Shown piece by piece: positions 44,817-54,456 of a DNA stretch of 64,000 bases. Position 1 is the first letter of the stretch; each line of letters begins with the position of its first letter. The position numbers and the translations under genes are program-made. The stretch lies in assembly GCA_046154225.1 (NCBI GenBank), contig JBJXEM010000004.1:102-64101 (forward strand). Reading direction: 5' to 3'. Origin of the DNA: Rickettsiales bacterium (GTDB lineage Bacteria > Pseudomonadota > Alphaproteobacteria > Rickettsiales > UBA3002). The notes under the pieces were generated by a model. It made no database searches and was not told where the DNA came from. It saw nothing but the letters and a program-made list of their open reading frames with translations.

Positions 44817-45913
44817 CAGAGCTTTCGCCCATCGAGGACATCATCGCCGATGCGAAGCTAGGCCGCATGGTCGTGCTGGTCGATGACGAAGACCGCGAGA
44901 ACGAGGGCGACCTTGTAATCCCCGCCCAGTTCGCCGACGCAGATGCGGTGAATTTCATGGCGAAATTCGCACGTGGATTAATTTGCCTCGCGCTCGAAAA
45001 ATCGCAGGTTGAGCGCCTCGGCCTGCCCCCGATGGCGCGCCACAACGCGAGCCGCCACGCCACGGCTTTCACCGTGTCGATCGAAGCGCGCGAAGGCGTT
45101 ACCACCGGCATTTCCGCCGCCGACCGCGCGCGCACCATTGCAGCCGCCAGCAACCCCACCGCGCTTGCGTCGGACATCGGCAGCCCAGGACATATTTTTC
45201 CACTCGAAGCACGCGCGGGCGGCGTGCTGGTACGCGCCGGGCATACCGAAGCGGCGGTGGATATTGCGCGGCTTGCGGGCCTGACCCCTGCGGGCGTGAT
45301 TTGCGAAATCATGAACGACGACGGCACCATGGCGCGCCTGCCGGATTTGTTGCAATTCGCAGCCGAGCACGATCTCAAAATCGGCACGATCGCCGACCTC
45401 ATCAGCTACCGCCGCCGCGCCGAAAAGCTGGTGACCCGCATCGTGGAGAGCACACTCTCCACCCGCCACGCCGGCGATTGGCACTGCATCGCCTACGCGC
45501 AGAGCCCGGGCTACGCCGAGCATTTAGCACTCATCAAAAACACTATTGGGGCCGAGGGCCCTGCCCTGGTGCGCATGCATGCGATGGATGTGTTGCACGA
45601 TGTGCTGGGCGATATTTCGCATGGGCGTGGCGGCGTGCTGCATCAGGCAATGCGAATGATTGATCGCGCCGGTTCCGGCGTGGTGGTGCTGCTGCGCGAA
45701 CCGCGTGCGACGGCGGCGTCCGACGGACTGAAGCTCAAGCGCGGTGAACCGCCATCGTCGCCCATTTTACGCGATTACGGCATTGGCGCACAAATTCTGG
45801 TCGATCTCGGCGTGCGCGACATGACATTGCTGACGAATACGCCAAAAATGATTGTCGGTTTGGAAGCCTATGGGCTACAGATCGCCGGGCATATTCCCAT
45901 CGAGGTGGCATGA
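44813..45913 (+). CDS. ribBA: 3,4-dihydroxy-2-butanone-4-phosphate synthase fused to a GTP cyclohydrolase II-like domain
   Basis: The sequence contains DDEDRENEGDLV and RAGHTEA. The C-terminal domain is GCH-II-like. Confidence 0.88.
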   Translation: MTELSPIEDIIADAKLGRMVVLVDDEDRENEGDLVIPAQFADADAVNFMAKFARGLICLALEKSQVERLGLPPMARHNASRHATAFTVSIEAREGVTTGISAADRARTIAAASNPTALASDIGSPGHIFPLEARAGGVLVRAGHTEAAVDIARLAGLTPAGVICEIMNDDGTMARLPDLLQFAAEHDLKIGTIADLISYRRRAEKLVTRIVESTLSTRHAGDWHCIAYAQSPGYAEHLALIKNTIGAEGPALVRMHAMDVLHDVLGDISHGRGGVLHQAMRMIDRAGSGVVVLLREPRATAASDGLKLKRGEPPSSPILRDYGIGAQILVDLGVRDMTLLTNTPKMIVGLEAYGLQIAGHIPIEVA

Positions 45914-46344
45914 AACCGATTCTACTCGTCGTCGCGCCTTATTATCAGGCGATCACCGAAACGCTGGTGAGCGGTGCGACGGCTGCGATTTACGCGGCGG
46001 GCTTTACGGCAGAAATGATTACCGTGCCCGGCTGCTTTGAAATTCCGGGCGCCATTTCCATGGCCGCAACGGCCGAACGCTACAGCGCTTACGTGGCGCT
46101 CGGCTGCGTGATTCGCGGCGAGACCTCGCACTACGATTATGTCTGCGGCGAATCGGCGCGCGGGTTGCAGGACCTCGCCGTACAAAAACATCTCGCCATC
46201 GGTTACGGCATTCTCACCTGCGAAACGCTTGAACAGGCGCAACTGCGTGCTGATTTGGCGCAAGGCAACAAGGGCGGCGAGGCTGCAAGCGCGGCCCTGC
46301 GCATGCTGGAACTGCGCCGCGCTTTTGCATTGGAAACCACATGA
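45910..46344 (+). CDS. ribH: 6,7-dimethyl-8-ribityllumazine synthase
   Basis: The sequence contains VPGCFEIP, ALGCVIRGETSHYDYV and NKG.EAA. Confidence 0.92.
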   Translation: MKPILLVVAPYYQAITETLVSGATAAIYAAGFTAEMITVPGCFEIPGAISMAATAERYSAYVALGCVIRGETSHYDYVCGESARGLQDLAVQKHLAIGYGILTCETLEQAQLRADLAQGNKGGEAASAALRMLELRRAFALETT

Positions 46345-46823
46345 ACACCACCGCCGCCCCCCGCACTTCGCTGCTACGCAAACGCGCTTCGCGCTTAGCC
46401 GCCGCCCAGGCCCTGTATTCCGAAGCGTTGATGGAGCAAAAAACCATTCCGGCCATTTTGGCGCAACGCCTGCTGCAAAGCTGGGCCGACAGCCGTGCCA
46501 ATCAGGTCGATGATTTGCCGAACGTGATTCAGCCCGAGCAGGCGCTGCTCAACGCCCTCATCGAATCGGCGCAGGAACATGCCGAGCGGATTGAAACCGT
46601 GATCGACACCATGATTTTACCGCACTGGAAAAAGTCGCGCATGAGTTTGCCGCTGCTTTCTACCTTACGCGCCTGCGCGGCGGAGTCACTCGCCTACCCC
46701 ACCCGCAAACGCGCCACGCTGGTCGAGGAATATACCGAAGTCGCCGCCCAAATCACCACCGACGAAGAAGTGGCCTACGCGCACAAAGCCTTCAACCTGC
46801 TGCTCGACGCGCTGCATGGCTGA
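46341..46823 (+). CDS. nusB: transcription antitermination factor NusB
   Basis: Its size and position after ribH fit NusB. The sequence contains RLAAAQALY and has a helical pattern. Confidence 0.85.
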   Translation: MNTTAAPRTSLLRKRASRLAAAQALYSEALMEQKTIPAILAQRLLQSWADSRANQVDDLPNVIQPEQALLNALIESAQEHAERIETVIDTMILPHWKKSRMSLPLLSTLRACAAESLAYPTRKRATLVEEYTEVAAQITTDEEVAYAHKAFNLLLDALHG

Positions 46824-47748
46824 GCGGGCGCGCATCGCGCGTTACTTCGCGCCGCTCACGGCAGGCGAACCCGGAAGTTTCCATTTGCACGACGACGCGG
46901 CTGCGCTCGATGTCCCACCCGGCAAAAAACTCATCGTCACTACCGACAGCGTTATCGTCGGCACGCATATTGTAGCCGGGGCGAAGCCCACGCAAATTGC
47001 TACAAAACTGATGCGCCGCAATTTGTCGGACCTTGCCGCCATGGGAGCAGCACCGTGGCGCTATACCCTGAACGCCCACACCATCCCCGGCCTGCCGGAT
47101 GCGTGGTTTGCAGATTTTGCGGCAGCGCTCGCGGTGGAACAATCGCGCTACGGGCTGGTGCTGGTGGGCGGCGATTCGACCAGTGGCCCCGGCCCCATTC
47201 ACATGGGCATGACCTGTTTTGGTCTCGCCGAGAAAATTCTGCTGCAAAGCGGTGCGCGGATGGGCGATGCACTCTATGTCAGTGGCACCATTGGCGACGC
47301 TTCGCTGGCATTCCATCATGGCAAACTTGCGAACGGTTTTCTCAGCGAGCGTTATTTTGCGCCCGAGCCGCGGCTGGCGCTGGGCCAAGCACTGCACGGC
47401 GTCGCCTCCGCCGCCATCGACATTTCTGACGGACTGTTTGCCGACGCGGTGCAACTGGCGGGTAACAGCGACGTGGCGCTTGAAATATCCGCCGAGGCTA
47501 TTCCGCTATCAGCCGAAGCAATGCCCTACCGCGACCACCCGGATTTTTGGAATCACCTCGGCGGCGGCGACGATTACGAGCTGCTGTTCACCGCCCCTAA
47601 GGACGCCGAACAAACGCTGCAGCAACTATCGCAAAATCTGGGTGTCGCTATTTCACGCATTGGGCACGTGACAGTAGGTTCTGGCGTCACGCTACGCGAC
47701 GCCGCGGGGGCCATGATGCCGTTGCCCGCCGGCTTCGAGCACGCTTAG
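46816..47748 (+). CDS. thiL: thiamine-monophosphate kinase
   Basis: The sequence contains DDAA, NLSDLAAMGA, GGD.T and DISDGL. Confidence 0.9.
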   Translation: MAERARIARYFAPLTAGEPGSFHLHDDAAALDVPPGKKLIVTTDSVIVGTHIVAGAKPTQIATKLMRRNLSDLAAMGAAPWRYTLNAHTIPGLPDAWFADFAAALAVEQSRYGLVLVGGDSTSGPGPIHMGMTCFGLAEKILLQSGARMGDALYVSGTIGDASLAFHHGKLANGFLSERYFAPEPRLALGQALHGVASAAIDISDGLFADAVQLAGNSDVALEISAEAIPLSAEAMPYRDHPDFWNHLGGGDDYELLFTAPKDAEQTLQQLSQNLGVAISRIGHVTVGSGVTLRDAAGAMMPLPAGFEHA

Positions 47749-48215
47749 CGGCCTAAATCGCGCGGGTCGATGCCGCGGCCAGGGGTGCCGAAGCGGCCGA
47801 AATTGCCCAGCAGCTGTTCGAAAAAGCCCAGATGCTGCCCCTCACTCGGCGTTTCTTTGTTCACGATCTGCACTTCCTTGCCGTCTTCCCGCGTGTACTC
47901 TTTCACTTCCGCCACGGTTTTTTTATCGTCGAAACGAATTTCCGTCACATGCTGTTCGGTCACTTCGACCGCGAGAACGCCCCGCCGCTCTTTCTTCTGC
48001 GTGATATAGTACCACGTAGGGTCGCCAAAACTCGATTGGGCGCTGGGGCTGCCAAACAGCGCACGCACGTCGTCTTGCTGGGTTTGGCCGGGAATTACCT
48101 GGCTGAAATCGGCGTCTTCGGTACCGTGGCCACGCACATCGACAATCGGCGAGCAGCTTGCGAGGCAGGCCGCAATGCTGCTAAGAAGAAGGCAACGAAC
48201 GAAAGAAGGCACCAT
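47745..48215 (-). CDS. bamE: outer membrane protein assembly factor BamE (SmpA/OmlA)
   Basis: It has the lipobox LASC and the SmpA_OmlA motif (Q.DV.ALFGSPS....FGDPTWYY). The start is taken at MVPSFVRC. Confidence 0.78.
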   Translation of the reverse strand: MVPSFVRCLLLSSIAACLASCSPIVDVRGHGTEDADFSQVIPGQTQQDDVRALFGSPSAQSSFGDPTWYYITQKKERRGVLAVEVTEQHVTEIRFDDKKTVAEVKEYTREDGKEVQIVNKETPSEGQHLGFFEQLLGNFGRFGTPGRGIDPRDLGR

Positions 48216-48750
48216 GCTCCGCGCACTAAAAAAATTGTTACCCGCCGCCCCTAATCCGGCCGCGTCCGTCACCTATATAGCATTGGTGGCGCAGGCGCGA
48301 CATCCCTTTTTCTATGAAACATTAGCGGTGCCCGATACGCTCGATGGCCGCTTTGAAATGATCGTGCTGCATTTGTTTTTGCTGCAATACCGCCTGCGGC
48401 TCGACGCGCCGGAATTTGCGCGGGGTCTAAGCGAAATTTTCATTGCCGACATGGACCGCAGTTTGCGCGAAATCGGCGTGTCGGACACCGGCGTGAGCAA
48501 GCGCATGAAAGCGATGGGCCGCGCCTATCATGGGCGCTTGCAGGCTTACAGCCTCGTGACTGAGCGGGTGGCACTCGAAGCCGCACTCGCGCGCAACCTG
48601 TATGGCACGGTGGCTGACGGCAACGTGGCGCACTTAAAAACCATGGCTAATTATGTGGAAGCGATGAAAACAACGCTGGCTGAAATCCCTGCTCCCGAAC
48701 TCACCAGCGGCGCTTATGTGTGGGTGTCGCCGGAAACACTGGCGCGATAA
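48214..48750 (+). CDS. ubiquinol-cytochrome c chaperone (Cbp3-like) family protein
   Basis: The sequence reads Y.ALVAQARHPFFY..L.VPDTLDGRFEMIVLHLFLL. The start is ATG 48214, with AGAAGG upstream. Confidence 0.7.
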   Translation: MLRALKKLLPAAPNPAASVTYIALVAQARHPFFYETLAVPDTLDGRFEMIVLHLFLLQYRLRLDAPEFARGLSEIFIADMDRSLREIGVSDTGVSKRMKAMGRAYHGRLQAYSLVTERVALEAALARNLYGTVADGNVAHLKTMANYVEAMKTTLAEIPAPELTSGAYVWVSPETLAR

Positions 48751-49715
48751 AACTGCGCTTTCAGTTTCACCAGCGAATAAAGCGCGTTGAGATACGGCGT
48801 TGATTCCTCCATCCACTTGCCGATTTCGCGCACGGCGCCCACGATGGCTTCAATTTCGCACGCGCGCCCCTGTTCTAAATCCACCAGCATCGAGGTTTTG
48901 TGACCGCGCATTTTGGCGGCGGCAGCCACCCGGCTTTTGGTGGTTTGCGCAAGTGTAATGCCCAGTTTATCGGCGATGTTGCGCGCTTCGTTCATCACCG
49001 AAGTGAGCAGGTCGATGTCGTTGTAGTCCTCGGCGAGTTGGTCGATGGTACCATGCGTGAGGGCGCTGATGGGGTTGAACGCGATGTTGCCCCATAATTT
49101 ATGCCACATCGGCTCGCGGATGTTGGGCGTAACCACGGGGGCAAACCCCGCATCGCCAAGCATCGCCGCCAGGCGCTCAACGCGTGCACTCGTGGTGCCG
49201 TCAATTTCGCCCAGCGCTAAACGCCGCTCGAGCTCGGGCACGTAATGCACGTAGCCCGGGCGAATCAACGTGCCCGCGAGGTAATTGACACAACCGACGA
49301 TATGATGCGGTGCGATCGCTGCCGCGATGGCGCCAGTGGGGTCGAGGCTTTCCAGCCGCCGCCCGTCAAACTCACCGCCATGATTCTGAAAGTACCACCA
49401 TGGCAAGCCATTCACCGCGGGCACCACCATTGTGTCGGGCCCGAGTAACGGCGCTAGAAGCGGCATCATGCCTTCCAGCTGGTTGGCTTTGCAGGTCAGA
49501 ATCACCGTGTCCTGAGCCCCAAGCGATGCCGTATCACCCGTCGCACTCACGGGGCCTTGCCAGCGCTCGTTGGGGCTTTCTAGTGTCAGCCCGCTTTGCT
49601 GCAGCGCCGCCAACTGCGCGCCGCGCGCCACGAATGTGACGGGGTGGCCTGCCGCCACCATGCGCCCGCCAATCAGGCAACCCATAGCGCCCGCACCTAG
49701 AATCGTGATTTTCAT
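48714..49715 (-). CDS. panE: 2-dehydropantoate 2-reductase (ApbA/PanE family)
   Basis: MKITILGAGAMGCLIGG is a Rossmann N-terminus. KTSML.D...GR..EI lies in the C-terminal domain. Confidence 0.78.
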   Translation of the reverse strand: MKITILGAGAMGCLIGGRMVAAGHPVTFVARGAQLAALQQSGLTLESPNERWQGPVSATGDTASLGAQDTVILTCKANQLEGMMPLLAPLLGPDTMVVPAVNGLPWWYFQNHGGEFDGRRLESLDPTGAIAAAIAPHHIVGCVNYLAGTLIRPGYVHYVPELERRLALGEIDGTTSARVERLAAMLGDAGFAPVVTPNIREPMWHKLWGNIAFNPISALTHGTIDQLAEDYNDIDLLTSVMNEARNIADKLGITLAQTTKSRVAAAAKMRGHKTSMLVDLEQGRACEIEAIVGAVREIGKWMEESTPYLNALYSLVKLKAQFYRASVSGDTHT

Positions 49716-49764
49716 GAAACGCATTTAGCGTGAATCGGCAGACAAACGCAATGCGCTTAGCGCC

Positions 49765-50400
49765 TTAACCAACCACGAACAGGTTGGTCGCCGGCCCGTC
49801 ATTGCGGATATTGGCGATGCGGTAGGCTTCGGGCCCGGTGGAATCGGCAAGGCCGGGTTTACGCACTACATTATTCACGCGCGGTGCGGGCGAAAGCAGC
49901 GAAGCGGGCGATGGTGCCGCAGGTTGCGACAGCGCGGCGGTGTTGATACGAATCGGCTGCGCGGCCAAGGATGCCGGGCTGGGTGCGGCAGGCGGCGTCG
50001 CGGCAGGCGTGGTGTTGTTTGCCGGAGAAGGCGCATCGCCCCGGGCCTGGCGCAGCGTGTCGATGAATGCTCTTGCTTCGCTTTCAGGCGCGGGTGGTGG
50101 CGGTGGCGGTGGGTTGAAAATGGCAAGCGTTTCGTCGTCATTCGCGGCGTCCTGCGCAATAAACTGCGCGGCAAGCGGGCTCGCGGCTGCGTTCGTGGCA
50201 CCACGAATCACCGGTTTGGGTGGCTGTGCAATGTTGGCGGAAAAAGCTTGGCTGGCGACCGGGCCCGTCACGGCCTGTGGCAGAATCAATCGGGCGACAG
50301 AGACATTTTGCCCCGGCAGCGCCGTCGACGCGGCTGCAGGCGCGGCCTGTGGCAGGCTGCTGGCCGTGTTGACGGGCAGTCCGGTGGCAAGAATCGCCAT
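49765..50400 (-). CDS. hypothetical Pro/Ala-rich protein
   Basis: The 211-aa ORF is largely low-complexity. Whether it is coding is uncertain. Confidence 0.4.
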   Translation of the reverse strand: MAILATGLPVNTASSLPQAAPAAASTALPGQNVSVARLILPQAVTGPVASQAFSANIAQPPKPVIRGATNAAASPLAAQFIAQDAANDDETLAIFNPPPPPPPAPESEARAFIDTLRQARGDAPSPANNTTPAATPPAAPSPASLAAQPIRINTAALSQPAAPSPASLLSPAPRVNNVVRKPGLADSTGPEAYRIANIRNDGPATNLFVVG

Positions 50401-50552
50401 AAATCATCTAGCTCAAACGTTTTTTATTTTCGCGAATTGTAACATGAAACCGAGGCATTGCCTAGTGTTTTTAAGAATGCTTAACGTCTGTTAAAGAAGT
50501 TGTCATCGTAGTTTCATTTTACTTGGAGCGCAGACGGGTCTAGCAGCAGCGC

Positions 50553-51143
50553 ATGAACAAAATTCTTGGCTCGTGGATTTTCTCGGTACTCGCCCTTGTG
50601 GTGCTGGTCGCGTGGATTGGCAGCGGCTCGCTGCACCGTAACACCGACCAGGGCGAGCGCGGGCTGTTCGATACAAGCTTTAGCCTGCAATCGGCAAAAG
50701 GCCCCGTCACCGAAAAAAACTATGCGGGCAAATATATGCTGGTCTATTTCGGCTTCACGCACTGCCCCGACATTTGCCCAACCACCTTGCTGCTGGTGCA
50801 AAATGTGCTGGGCATGATGGACGATAAAGCCGCGCGCGTGGTGCCCATCTTCATCACCGTCGACCCCGAGCGCGACACGCCCAAAATCATGGCCGACTAC
50901 GCGGCGCATTTTGGCCCGGGCGTGGTGGGCCTCAGTGGCACCCCCGCACAAATTAAAACCGCAGCCGACCATTACAAAGTCTATTACAGCAAGGTCGAAG
51001 ACAAAAAATCGGCGCTGGGTTACAGCATGGACCATTCCGGCTTCCTCTACCTCGTCGCGCCCGATGGCACCTACCTCACCCATTTCGGCGCGAACATCAC
51101 CGAGCAAGCATTACTCGAAGGGCTGAATAACTATGTCAAATAA
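50553..51143 (+). CDS. SCO1/SenC family copper chaperone
   Basis: It has a thioredoxin fold with FTHCPDICP (CxxxC) and a downstream His (MDHSG). Confidence 0.88.
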   Translation: MNKILGSWIFSVLALVVLVAWIGSGSLHRNTDQGERGLFDTSFSLQSAKGPVTEKNYAGKYMLVYFGFTHCPDICPTTLLLVQNVLGMMDDKAARVVPIFITVDPERDTPKIMADYAAHFGPGVVGLSGTPAQIKTAADHYKVYYSKVEDKKSALGYSMDHSGFLYLVAPDGTYLTHFGANITEQALLEGLNNYVK

Positions 51144-51546
51144 GCTGCGCATGTGTACCGTGTTGCTACTGGCACTGCTTGTCAGTAACGCAGCCGTTGC
51201 CCGCGTTACCATCACGCAAGCGTGGTCGCCCGTGCGCCCCACTAGCACGGGTGTCGCGTACTTTACCGCCGTCAGCGACCGCGACGATGCCATTATTTCT
51301 GCCAGTTCGGATTGCTGCGCCGCTGTGGAGTTGCACGAGCATACCATGGACGGCGACGTGATGCGCATGCGGCAAGTCGAGGCGGTAGAGCTGCCCGCAG
51401 GCAAGCCCGTCACCTTCGCGCCGCACGGGTTGCATGTCATGCTGATCGGCATGAAAACCACGCCCGCGATTGGCGACACCATCCCGGTGACGCTCACGTT
51501 TAAGCACGCCGCAGCGCAGCAGATTCGCATCACGGTGCGCAAGTAA
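51133..51546 (+). CDS. periplasmic copper chaperone PCu(A)C (DUF461)
   Basis: It has a signal peptide and the H-x-M ... M-x-M ... H-x-M pattern (ELHEHTMDGDVMRMR...HGLHVML). Confidence 0.85.
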   Translation: MSNKLRMCTVLLLALLVSNAAVARVTITQAWSPVRPTSTGVAYFTAVSDRDDAIISASSDCCAAVELHEHTMDGDVMRMRQVEAVELPAGKPVTFAPHGLHVMLIGMKTTPAIGDTIPVTLTFKHAAAQQIRITVRK

Positions 51547-51615
51547 TCCACGGCCTCCCGCCCAAGCCTACAAAAAATACTACCACTCGGCGCGCTGCTG
51601 CTTTACCCTCCCTGC

Positions 51616-52257
51616 ATGAATGACCTGTCGATACGCGGGGCCCGGCGTGGGCTGATGTTTGTGCTGTCTTCACCTTCGGGTGCGGGCAAAACCACCATGT
51701 CGCGCAAATTACTGGCGGCCGAGAAAAACGTGGCGATGTCGGTGTCCGTCACCACCCGCCCCATGCGCCCGGGCGAAGTCGAGGGCGTCGATTACCATTT
51801 TATCGACGAGGCAGAATTCCAGCGATTGGTCGCGGCCGGCGAATTGCTCGAACATGCGACCGTGTTCGACCATCATTACGGCACCCCAAAAACCGCCGTC
51901 ATGCAGGCGCTTGAATCCGGCCGCGACGTCCTGTTCGACATCGACTGGCAGGGCACGCGCCAGTTGGCGCAACGCTGCCGCGATGATTTAGTGAGCGTGT
52001 TTATTTTGCCGCCCACACTCGACGAGCTGGAGCGCCGCCTGCGTTCGCGCGCGCAGGACAGCGACGCCGTGGTGCGCGCCCGCATGGCAAAAGCCACCCA
52101 GGAAATTTCGCACTGGGAGGAATATGACTACGTGGTCATCAACCAGGACCTCGACGCGGCCATCACCCACATCCAAAAAATCCTGCATGCTGAACGCTTT
52201 CGCCGCATCCGCCAACGCGAACTCGGCCAGTTCGTGCGCGTGCTATGCGGAGATTAA
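51616..52257 (+). CDS. gmk: guanylate kinase
   Basis: The sequence contains LSSPSGAGKTT, TTR.MRPGEV.G.DY.F and FDIDWQG. Confidence 0.93.
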   Translation: MNDLSIRGARRGLMFVLSSPSGAGKTTMSRKLLAAEKNVAMSVSVTTRPMRPGEVEGVDYHFIDEAEFQRLVAAGELLEHATVFDHHYGTPKTAVMQALESGRDVLFDIDWQGTRQLAQRCRDDLVSVFILPPTLDELERRLRSRAQDSDAVVRARMAKATQEISHWEEYDYVVINQDLDAAITHIQKILHAERFRRIRQRELGQFVRVLCGD

Positions 52258-52274
52258 TATTGTTTTGCTTGCGC

Positions 52275-52341
52275 CATCGGCATACCGCCTAACCCTGCGC
52301 GCCACTTCATGGGCTTAAGGCTAGCTCGCCCGGCTCGCGGC
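52275..52341. repeat. GC-rich dispersed repeat (family R3, weaker copy c)
   Basis: CATCGGCATACCGCCT matches 61064-61079 (CATCGGCATACTGCCT). Similarity is looser after that. Confidence 0.4.
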
Positions 52342-52349
52342 TACAGCAG

Positions 52350-53234
52350 CTACTCCTTTTGTAGCTTAATGAACTCCCGCGTCAGGCGTGCGAACATGGC
52401 CAAATCGCATTGTTCGGCGCGGTGGGTTTCGGGGATGTTCGTCGCGGCACAAAGCGCAATCGCATCGACCCCGAGCGACTTCAGCGACTGGCGTAGCATT
52501 TTTCGGCGGTTATTGAACGCCGCCGCCACCACACGCTCGAGCATGCGCAGCGGCACATCTTCGCGTGGGCGTTGTAAAACCCGCGCGTGCAATACGGCCG
52601 ACGTCACCTTTGGCGGTGGCGAAAACGCACTGGCTGGCACTTCAAACATCAAACTCGCGTCGGTAAATTGGTGCAGCAAAATCGACAGCCGCCCATAGGC
52701 CGAATCTCCCACTTGCGCCGTCATGCGCTCGGCCACTTCTTTTTGCAGCAACACGGTGAAACTCTGTAACAGTCCGGCTCCATGTTGCGCAATTTGTTGC
52801 ACCCATTCAACCACCATGGCCGTGCCCACATTATAGGGCAGGTTGGCGATAATGCTGCGCGGCGCCTGTCCCATCGCGGCGAGGTCAAGCCCCAGCGCAT
52901 CGCGTTCAATGACCGAAAAATGCTGCGGGTAGATTTGCTGCAATGAGGCCAGTGCCGCAATGCAGCGCGCGTCTTTCTCGATGGCGATTAAATGGCGTGG
53001 CCCCGCCGCCAGAATCGCCCGTGTGAGCCCGCCGGGGCCGGGGCCGATTTCAATAATCTGTTGTGCGCTGATGTCGCCTGCCGCGCGCACAATGCGTGCC
53101 AGTAAATTCCCATCAAGCAGGAAATGCTGCCCCAGCGATTTTTTAGGCGCGAGGCCGAAGGTCGCGATCACCTCGCTAAGCGGCGGCAGCGTGTCAGGAT
53201 TTATCATCGGTCTTGATGTCGATAAAGGCGTCAC
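52350..53234 (-). CDS. rsmA: 16S rRNA (adenine1518/1519-N6)-dimethyltransferase
   Basis: The sequence contains KKSLGQHFL, EIGPGPGGLT and ANLPYNV. The start is GTG 53234 or ATG 53207. Confidence 0.9.
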   Translation of the reverse strand: MTPLSTSRPMINPDTLPPLSEVIATFGLAPKKSLGQHFLLDGNLLARIVRAAGDISAQQIIEIGPGPGGLTRAILAAGPRHLIAIEKDARCIAALASLQQIYPQHFSVIERDALGLDLAAMGQAPRSIIANLPYNVGTAMVVEWVQQIAQHGAGLLQSFTVLLQKEVAERMTAQVGDSAYGRLSILLHQFTDASLMFEVPASAFSPPPKVTSAVLHARVLQRPREDVPLRMLERVVAAAFNNRRKMLRQSLKSLGVDAIALCAATNIPETHRAEQCDLAMFARLTREFIKLQKE

Positions 53235-54456
53235 GCTTCAAATCGCGCAGTAATTTTTGCGCTTCGAGCTCCAGTTTCTCGGTGTAAAGCTGCTGGCGCA
53301 CGGTCTCGGCGTCGGGCAAGTTGCCGGCGGGCTCGATTTTCTCACAGAGCAGCACCAGTTGCACCGACTGGGGTGCAAAAATTGGGTCGCTCACATCGCC
53401 TACGTCCAGATGCCCGATGATCGCGCGTTGTTGCGGCGACAGCAGCCCCACTTTGGTGCGGGCATATTTTACTTCCGCCTTAATCGGTGTCGGAGCCAGC
53501 ACTTCGTCGGTGCAATTACCGGGATTTTTTTGCAGCGTGGCCACGCTGTTCTGCAGCTTTACCAACGCCTCTTTATCGCGTGCATCGGGCACATTAATCG
53601 CGATTTGCTTCAAAGCGATTTCCGTGTTCTCGGGCGGCATTTTGACAATTTGCCGATCGAGTAGCTGAACAATCTGAATGCTGGTGGCGCTACGCAGCGG
53701 CGGCGTGATTTCGCCGGGCTTTAGTGCGTGTACCGCCTGTTGCAACTGCGGCGACAATGTTTCTTCCGCAAGCCACGAAGGTGGGTTGAACTGCGCCAGC
53801 TTTTGCGTTGCAACATCGTTGGCGACCTGAATAGCGCTGATGCCCTGTTTTAGTTGCTGCACGATTTCATCGGCAAACTTACTGGCTTGCGCCGCTTTTG
53901 ATGGATCGGCAATCGGCACGAGAAAAGCCGCGATACGAATTTCCGAGGTTCCGGGTCCGGTGGCAACCGCAAGCTGTGCGCGGGCGATTTCGTCTTGCGA
54001 GATACTCACGTTGCGCCGCAATTTATGCTGCACCACTTTATTCCAGGCGAGCTGCGCGCGCAGCTGATTTTCGAGTGAATGTATGGACAGGTTTTTATCG
54101 CGCACGCTTTGGCGCAACGAACCCGGTGCACCACCACGCGTGGCCGACATGGTAGACAATGCCTTTTCCAGTTCGTCATCGGACACCACCTGCGATTGGC
54201 GTTTTGCCTCTTGCAGTTCCAGCTGTTCCTCGATCAGCGCTTGCAGCGCGCGGGCCGATACTTTTTCAACATTCTCAGGCGTCGGGGGTAAATTGTTCAT
54301 GGTCATGACCAGGTCGCGCCGGTCGGCCACGTCGCCGCTGGTGATCGCGTCGTCGTTCACCACGGCCGCAATACCCACGCGCGCGGCCTGTGCCATAGTC
54401 GCACTCGCCAGCAGCAGGCCCAGCACCAGCAGGCCATTGCGCAGGTTAGCGCCCAC
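53194..54456 (-). CDS. surA: SurA-like periplasmic chaperone / peptidyl-prolyl isomerase
   Basis: It has a signal peptide and the SurA N-domain pattern (AAVVNDDAIT..D). It lies between lptD and rsmA. Confidence 0.8.
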   Translation of the reverse strand: MGANLRNGLLVLGLLLASATMAQAARVGIAAVVNDDAITSGDVADRRDLVMTMNNLPPTPENVEKVSARALQALIEEQLELQEAKRQSQVVSDDELEKALSTMSATRGGAPGSLRQSVRDKNLSIHSLENQLRAQLAWNKVVQHKLRRNVSISQDEIARAQLAVATGPGTSEIRIAAFLVPIADPSKAAQASKFADEIVQQLKQGISAIQVANDVATQKLAQFNPPSWLAEETLSPQLQQAVHALKPGEITPPLRSATSIQIVQLLDRQIVKMPPENTEIALKQIAINVPDARDKEALVKLQNSVATLQKNPGNCTDEVLAPTPIKAEVKYARTKVGLLSPQQRAIIGHLDVGDVSDPIFAPQSVQLVLLCEKIEPAGNLPDAETVRQQLYTEKLELEAQKLLRDLKRDAFIDIKTDDKS

